From an uncultured delta proteobacterium (lineage in GTDB: Bacteria > Myxococcota_A > Polyangia > Polyangiales > JAFGIB01): a DNA stretch of 64,000 nucleotides. The position numbers were made by a program, and so were the translations under genes. Positions 59,944 through 64,000 of the stretch are shown here, one piece after another. The stretch's first letter is position 1, and every line of letters starts with the position of its first letter. The DNA is taken from the NCBI GenBank assembly GCA_963778655.1, contig CAVZVA010000009.1:1216001-1280000 (forward strand), written 5' to 3'. The notes beneath the pieces are model-generated. The model was given only the letters and a program-made list of their open reading frames with translations, ran no database searches and was not told the origin of the DNA.

Positions 59944-60971
59944 GCTCGGGGCCGCTTGCCATTTCCACCGGCGATCCGGGCGGCGTGGGACCCGAGGTAG
60001 CGCTGAGGGCCGTGGCGAATCGTTGCCAGCACGATCGGGCGGTGCTCTTCGGGGATGCCCGCGCGTTGCGCGAGCGCAGCCTCGCGCTCGGCTTGCCCGC
60101 TTCGCGCTTGCACGCGCTGGAGCCCGGCGCGCCGCTGGAGCTTCCGCTTGGCGGCGTGGCTCTGGTCGACGCGGGCGTGCCCTGGGAAGGCGAGGCGTTG
60201 CGGCACGCGCCGAGCGCCAGCGGAGGCGCCGCACAGCTGGCTGCGCTCGACGCCGCGCTCCAGGCCGCGCTCGCCGGCAGCGCGCGCGCGATCGTGACCG
60301 CGCCGATGAGCAAGGAAGCGGTCAACCTCACCGGCCAGCGGTTCGTCGGTCACACCGAGCACATGGCGCGCGCGGCGGGCCTCGCCGATGACGACGTGAC
60401 CATGATGTTCCTGGGACCTCGCCTGCGGGTGGCGCTGGTCACCACTCACCTCGCGATAGCGCAGCTGCCGCAGGCGATCACGCGCGCGCGCGTGAGCCGA
60501 ACGCTGCGGCACATGCTGGAAGCGGTGTTGCGGCTCGCGACTCCCGACGGCGCAGAGGCGATTCCGACGGTCGCGGTGACCGGCCTCAACCCGCACGCCG
60601 GCGAGGCCGGTCTGTTCGGGCAGGAGGAGCAGCGCACGATCGCGCCAGCCGTGGCCGAAGCGCAGGCGCTCGCCGTCGTGCGCGAAGGACGCGTCCGGTT
60701 GCAAGGTCCGATCGGAGCCGAGACCGCCTTTCGCCTGGCGGCCGCGGGCGAGATCGCCGCGGTGGTGGCGATGATGCACGACCAGGCGACCATCGCGTCC
60801 AAGCTGCTCGACTGGACCGAGGCGGTGAACGTGACCTGGGGCTTGCCCTTCGTCCGCACCAGCGTCGACCACGGCGTTGCCTACGACGCGGCGGCCGCCG
60901 GCAGCGCCGATGCCCGCGGCATGGAATCGGCGATCGAGATGGCGCAGCGGCTGACCCGACGCGCACCGTGA
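59940..60971 (+). CDS. pdxA: 4-hydroxythreonine-4-phosphate dehydrogenase PdxA family
   Basis: GDPGGVGPE, TAPMSK, GHTE, GLNPHAGE, HDQ, RTSVDHG. Confidence 0.92.
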   Translation: MSSGPLAISTGDPGGVGPEVALRAVANRCQHDRAVLFGDARALRERSLALGLPASRLHALEPGAPLELPLGGVALVDAGVPWEGEALRHAPSASGGAAQLAALDAALQAALAGSARAIVTAPMSKEAVNLTGQRFVGHTEHMARAAGLADDDVTMMFLGPRLRVALVTTHLAIAQLPQAITRARVSRTLRHMLEAVLRLATPDGAEAIPTVAVTGLNPHAGEAGLFGQEEQRTIAPAVAEAQALAVVREGRVRLQGPIGAETAFRLAAAGEIAAVVAMMHDQATIASKLLDWTEAVNVTWGLPFVRTSVDHGVAYDAAAAGSADARGMESAIEMAQRLTRRAP

Positions 60972-61042
60972 GCCCCGCCGCCGCCCCGCGCTACGCGCGC
61001 GTTGACGCCGCGCATCCGCCTCACGTACGATCGCAAGCCGAG

Positions 61043-61189
61043 ATGTCGTTCTGGGATGATCTCAGCCCTGGTGTGAAGCGCTACGCCGTGATTGGCGCGG
61101 CGTTGCTTGCGGTGCTGTTGTCGATGCGCCACTGCGGTGCCACCGGCACGGGTGGCACGCCTCCACCGCCACGCGGCGCGGCGCGCTAG
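61043..61189 (+). CDS. Small single-TM protein (48 aa)
   Basis: MSFWDDLSPGVKRYAVIGAALLAVLLSMRHC. Preceded by TTGACG-N18-TACGAT (61002-61031). Confidence 0.6.
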   Translation: MSFWDDLSPGVKRYAVIGAALLAVLLSMRHCGATGTGGTPPPPRGAAR

Positions 61190-61206
61190 CCCTTCTCGTC
61201 ATCGGG

Positions 61207-61286
61207 CGGGGCCCGCGTCCCTCCCGCCCCGCCGGCAAAGCCGTTGGGGCCCACCCTCCCGCGTGGGTCGTTGCGCTCCTGCGTGG
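61207..61286 (-). repeat. REP-like intergenic repeat, copy 2
   Basis: Reverse complement aligns with 17078-17162. Confidence 0.75.
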
Positions 61287-61330
61287 CCCGAACCCTGTTC
61301 GAGCTTCCGGGTCGTTGTCCTAGGTCTTGC

Positions 61331-62689
61331 TCAGGAACCAGTCTTTGCTCCAGGCGACGACGAGAGCGAACGCTCGAACGCGTCGGACACGCTCACGCAC
61401 GCCTCCCGCACCTCGACCTGGCCGTCGAGCAGCAACGCCAGCGGGCGCATCTCGACCGCTTCGACTTCCGCGCGCCAGTCGTGCACGAAGGCCGCCAGCC
61501 GCAACAGCACGTCGCGCACGGCTTCGACCCGCACCTTGCGTTGCGCGGCCGTGCCGTGGAAAAGCAGCTCCGCGCCGCGCAGGCGCTTGAGGGCGCGCTC
61601 CACCGCGCTGATGGCGGCCGGCAGCACCGTGAGCGTGCGATCCGCCGCCGCGACGCCGTGCGCGTCGGCGAAGCCGATTTCGAGCGCCACGCGGCCGCGC
61701 GGCAGCGGCCATGCCCTCACGCCGAGCAGCGCGGCCGCCTGGCTGGTGGCCGTGACCATCACTCCCAGCAGCCGTTCGGCGGCGCCAGTCTTGCCGGGGC
61801 TCGCCTCCAGCCGGGCCCTGGCCAGGCCCATCAGCTGGCGGAAGGTGTCGCGCACGCGCGCGGCATTGTCGACCATGTCCACTGCGAGGTCCGGGTGATC
61901 CCAGATCCGCAGATCGGGCGAGGCCAGCGAGATTCGCACCGGGTAACGCAGCCGGTTGGCCTCGGCGGCCGCTCGCGAGGCGCTGGAGCACAGCTCTTCG
62001 TCCGGCACCGGAATGCCGTAGGGCTCCAGGGCCGACTTGCTGGTCGGATCGGAGAGCGCGCGGCGCGGGCCGAACAGCACGTCGGCCACGCTCGGCGCGT
62101 CGACGCTGAGCTCGGCCTGCAGCGGGGCCTTGCTGCGGTCGGTGTCGCGCAGGGCTGCGATCGCGTCGGCGACGTCCCGCGCGCGCCCCACGATGCGTCC
62201 GGGCAGGGCCGCATCGCCGCTCCACGCGAGCATCCCGGCCTCGACCTGCACCAGGTGCCCGCCGTGACGCGAGCCCGCCGCCAGCGCGGGCGTGAGGCGC
62301 AGCCGATCGGGCTTCGGCAGGCTGCGCACGGAAGCGGACCACGGCTGCTCCGCACCGGCCGAGAGCAGGCACAGCGCCGCGATCATCGGCTCGATCTCGC
62401 CCAGCGCAGTCAGACCGAGATCGAGCGCGGCTTCTCGTAAGCGGCGCGCTGTTTCGCCTTCGCCGAGGCTGGCGACCACGAGCGGCTGCGTGCGACGCGC
62501 GGCGTCTTCGGCCAGCTCGACCAGCTGCGGTAGGGTGGGCTCGCCCGCTATCGCGACGCCGCCCGCGCCGGACGCGGCGGTGGCCCAGTCCTCGGCCACG
62601 ACCGGATCGATTTCGAGACCGACCACTTGCGATGCTTGCAGACATTCGACCGCAAGCTCCGCGCTGTCGCATATGATCCGGACTGCCAT
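61331..62689 (-). CDS. Acetate-CoA ligase (ADP-forming) beta-like ATP-grasp protein, degenerate
   Basis: SKSALEPYGIPVP..A..A..LRYPV, LKRLRGAELLFHG, DVLLRLA..VEAVEMRPL. Confidence 0.7.
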   Translation of the reverse strand: MAVRIICDSAELAVECLQASQVVGLEIDPVVAEDWATAASGAGGVAIAGEPTLPQLVELAEDAARRTQPLVVASLGEGETARRLREAALDLGLTALGEIEPMIAALCLLSAGAEQPWSASVRSLPKPDRLRLTPALAAGSRHGGHLVQVEAGMLAWSGDAALPGRIVGRARDVADAIAALRDTDRSKAPLQAELSVDAPSVADVLFGPRRALSDPTSKSALEPYGIPVPDEELCSSASRAAAEANRLRYPVRISLASPDLRIWDHPDLAVDMVDNAARVRDTFRQLMGLARARLEASPGKTGAAERLLGVMVTATSQAAALLGVRAWPLPRGRVALEIGFADAHGVAAADRTLTVLPAAISAVERALKRLRGAELLFHGTAAQRKVRVEAVRDVLLRLAAFVHDWRAEVEAVEMRPLALLLDGQVEVREACVSVSDAFERSLSSSPGAKTGS

Positions 62690-62734
62690 GCTCGACGATG
62701 CTCGGCCCCGACCCGCCAGGGGAAAGGGCGCCCG

Positions 62735-63754
62735 ATGAGCCCCACCGTGGAATTGTACCCGTGCCCGCGGGAGGCGCGAATTTGCGTGCTGGTGGGGCCG
62801 GCCGCGGCGACGGGCCGGCGCGCGGCGGGCCCGCCAAGGCTGGGGCGGGGCAGGGCGCTGGCGCTGGCCGTGCTGCTCGGGCCGGCTGCGGCGCTCCACG
62901 CCCGAGGGGCGGCCGCGCAGGTCCCGGCCGCGGCGGCGCAGGCCGAGGTCGCGCCCGCTCCGCGGGAAAGCGCGAAGGAGCACTTCGAGGCCGGTCTGCA
63001 GCAGTATCGCGCGCGACATTACCGGGAGGCGATTCGCGAGCTCGAGCTGTCGGTGGCGCGGCTGCCGAGCGCCGAGGTGTGGTTCGACATCGCGCGCGCG
63101 CACGAGCAGCTCGGCGAATACGAGCTCGCGGCGCAGAGCTACCGCCGCTATCTGCGCGATCGCGTGGATGCCCCGGACGCGCGCCGCATTGCGCAACGGA
63201 TCGAGGAGCTGAAGCGGCGGGCCGCGGCTTCCCGTAGCGCCACGCGCCAGGGCGCTGGCCCGTCCGCAGCGCTCGCGATCGACGCCGATCTGCCGGGCAC
63301 GCTGCTGCTGCTGGACGGCCGGCCACTGGGGACCGCACCGATCGATCGTATCATCGATGTCGCGCCGGGCCGCCACCGCCTGGACGCCAGACGCGACGGC
63401 TACCTACCGTTTCGCGCCGAGGTGGAGGTGCCGCCACGCGGGCTGAGCGCCGCCTACGTCGACATGCAGCCCGCGACGCGCTTTCGCAGCGCCGCACACA
63501 GGCGGCCGTGGACCTGGATTGCGGGCTCGGCCGGCGCTGCCGCCTTGCTCGCGGCCGGCGCGTTCGGGATCGCGGCGCTCTCCGAGCGCGCCGACGGGGA
63601 CGCGCGCTCCGCGCGGCACTGGGCGGTGGCCTCGGACGTTGCGCTCGGCGGCGCGCTCGGCCTCGCGGTGGCTGCGACCATTCTGTACTTCGGCGAAGCC
63701 CGGCACACAGAGCGCGTCGGCGTGCGGCCGCGTGCGGGAGCGACCCCGCCGTGA
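62735..63754 (+). CDS. TPR + PEGA domain membrane protein
   Basis: AKEHFEAG..Y..AI..FDIARAHEQLG (TPR), LLDGRPLGTAP..PGRHRL..GY (PEGA), C-terminal TM hairpin. Confidence 0.85.
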   Translation: MSPTVELYPCPREARICVLVGPAAATGRRAAGPPRLGRGRALALAVLLGPAAALHARGAAAQVPAAAAQAEVAPAPRESAKEHFEAGLQQYRARHYREAIRELELSVARLPSAEVWFDIARAHEQLGEYELAAQSYRRYLRDRVDAPDARRIAQRIEELKRRAAASRSATRQGAGPSAALAIDADLPGTLLLLDGRPLGTAPIDRIIDVAPGRHRLDARRDGYLPFRAEVEVPPRGLSAAYVDMQPATRFRSAAHRRPWTWIAGSAGAAALLAAGAFGIAALSERADGDARSARHWAVASDVALGGALGLAVAATILYFGEARHTERVGVRPRAGATPP

Positions 63755-63988
63755 GCTGCCGCCCGAGCGTTGGGAACGACCTGCGCGAGACGCTATCGCC
63801 TGCGCAAGGTAGGTGGTTGGCGCCGCTGCACCCACCGCGGCGCAATGGCCAATCGCTTGACCCTTTTCAAGCCACGGTGATATCCCACCGGAGCACCAGA
63901 GTATCTCCAGCGGAGCTCGATTCCTCGACGCGGGCGTGCCAGGTGGTTTGAACGGGGCCTTGGCGCGAATTCGATAGGAGACGCCGAC

Positions 63989-64000
63989 ATGCGGCTGAAG
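63989..64000 (+). CDS. Start of next gene (MRLK...), truncated
   Basis: AGGAG SD before ATG; TTGACC-N18-TATCCC further upstream. Confidence 0.4.

Overview
Very GC-rich chromosomal segment, most likely from a Myxococcota (Polyangiales-like) bacterium. The assignment rests on a TIGR02266-type PilZ protein, a TIGR04551-like beta-barrel end, a TPR-PEGA protein and DAG-rich linkers. Most genes are core: radA, gmk, yicC, prfB-lysS-lolCE-lolD-bamA-skp-fabZ, an S1-domain protein, tRNA-Val(CAC), xth, ridA, an MdtA/MdtB-type RND pump, serA-hisZ-purA, pgsA, gor, RNase P RNA, DsbA/TlpA and pdxA. The centrepiece is a ~14 kb respiratory operon (33583-47771). It encodes alternative complex III (actA-G), two extra c-type cytochromes, an unannotated 54-aa membrane peptide and an A1-type heme-copper oxidase. 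The oxidase keeps all metal ligands and the His-Tyr pair, but appears to have lost the whole canonical K proton channel (K354M, T351I, S291A, subunit II entry Glu to Gln) while gaining new intramembrane carboxylates. This is the best candidate for an undescribed system. Also seen: the programmed prfB frameshift, three further single-base frameshifts all at GATC (probably sequencing errors), three kinds of intergenic palindromic repeat, a sigma54 promoter with an upstream palindrome, an SdpAB-like HTTM pair and several degenerate signalling or enzyme domains. All calls come from reading motifs by eye; no database searches were run.
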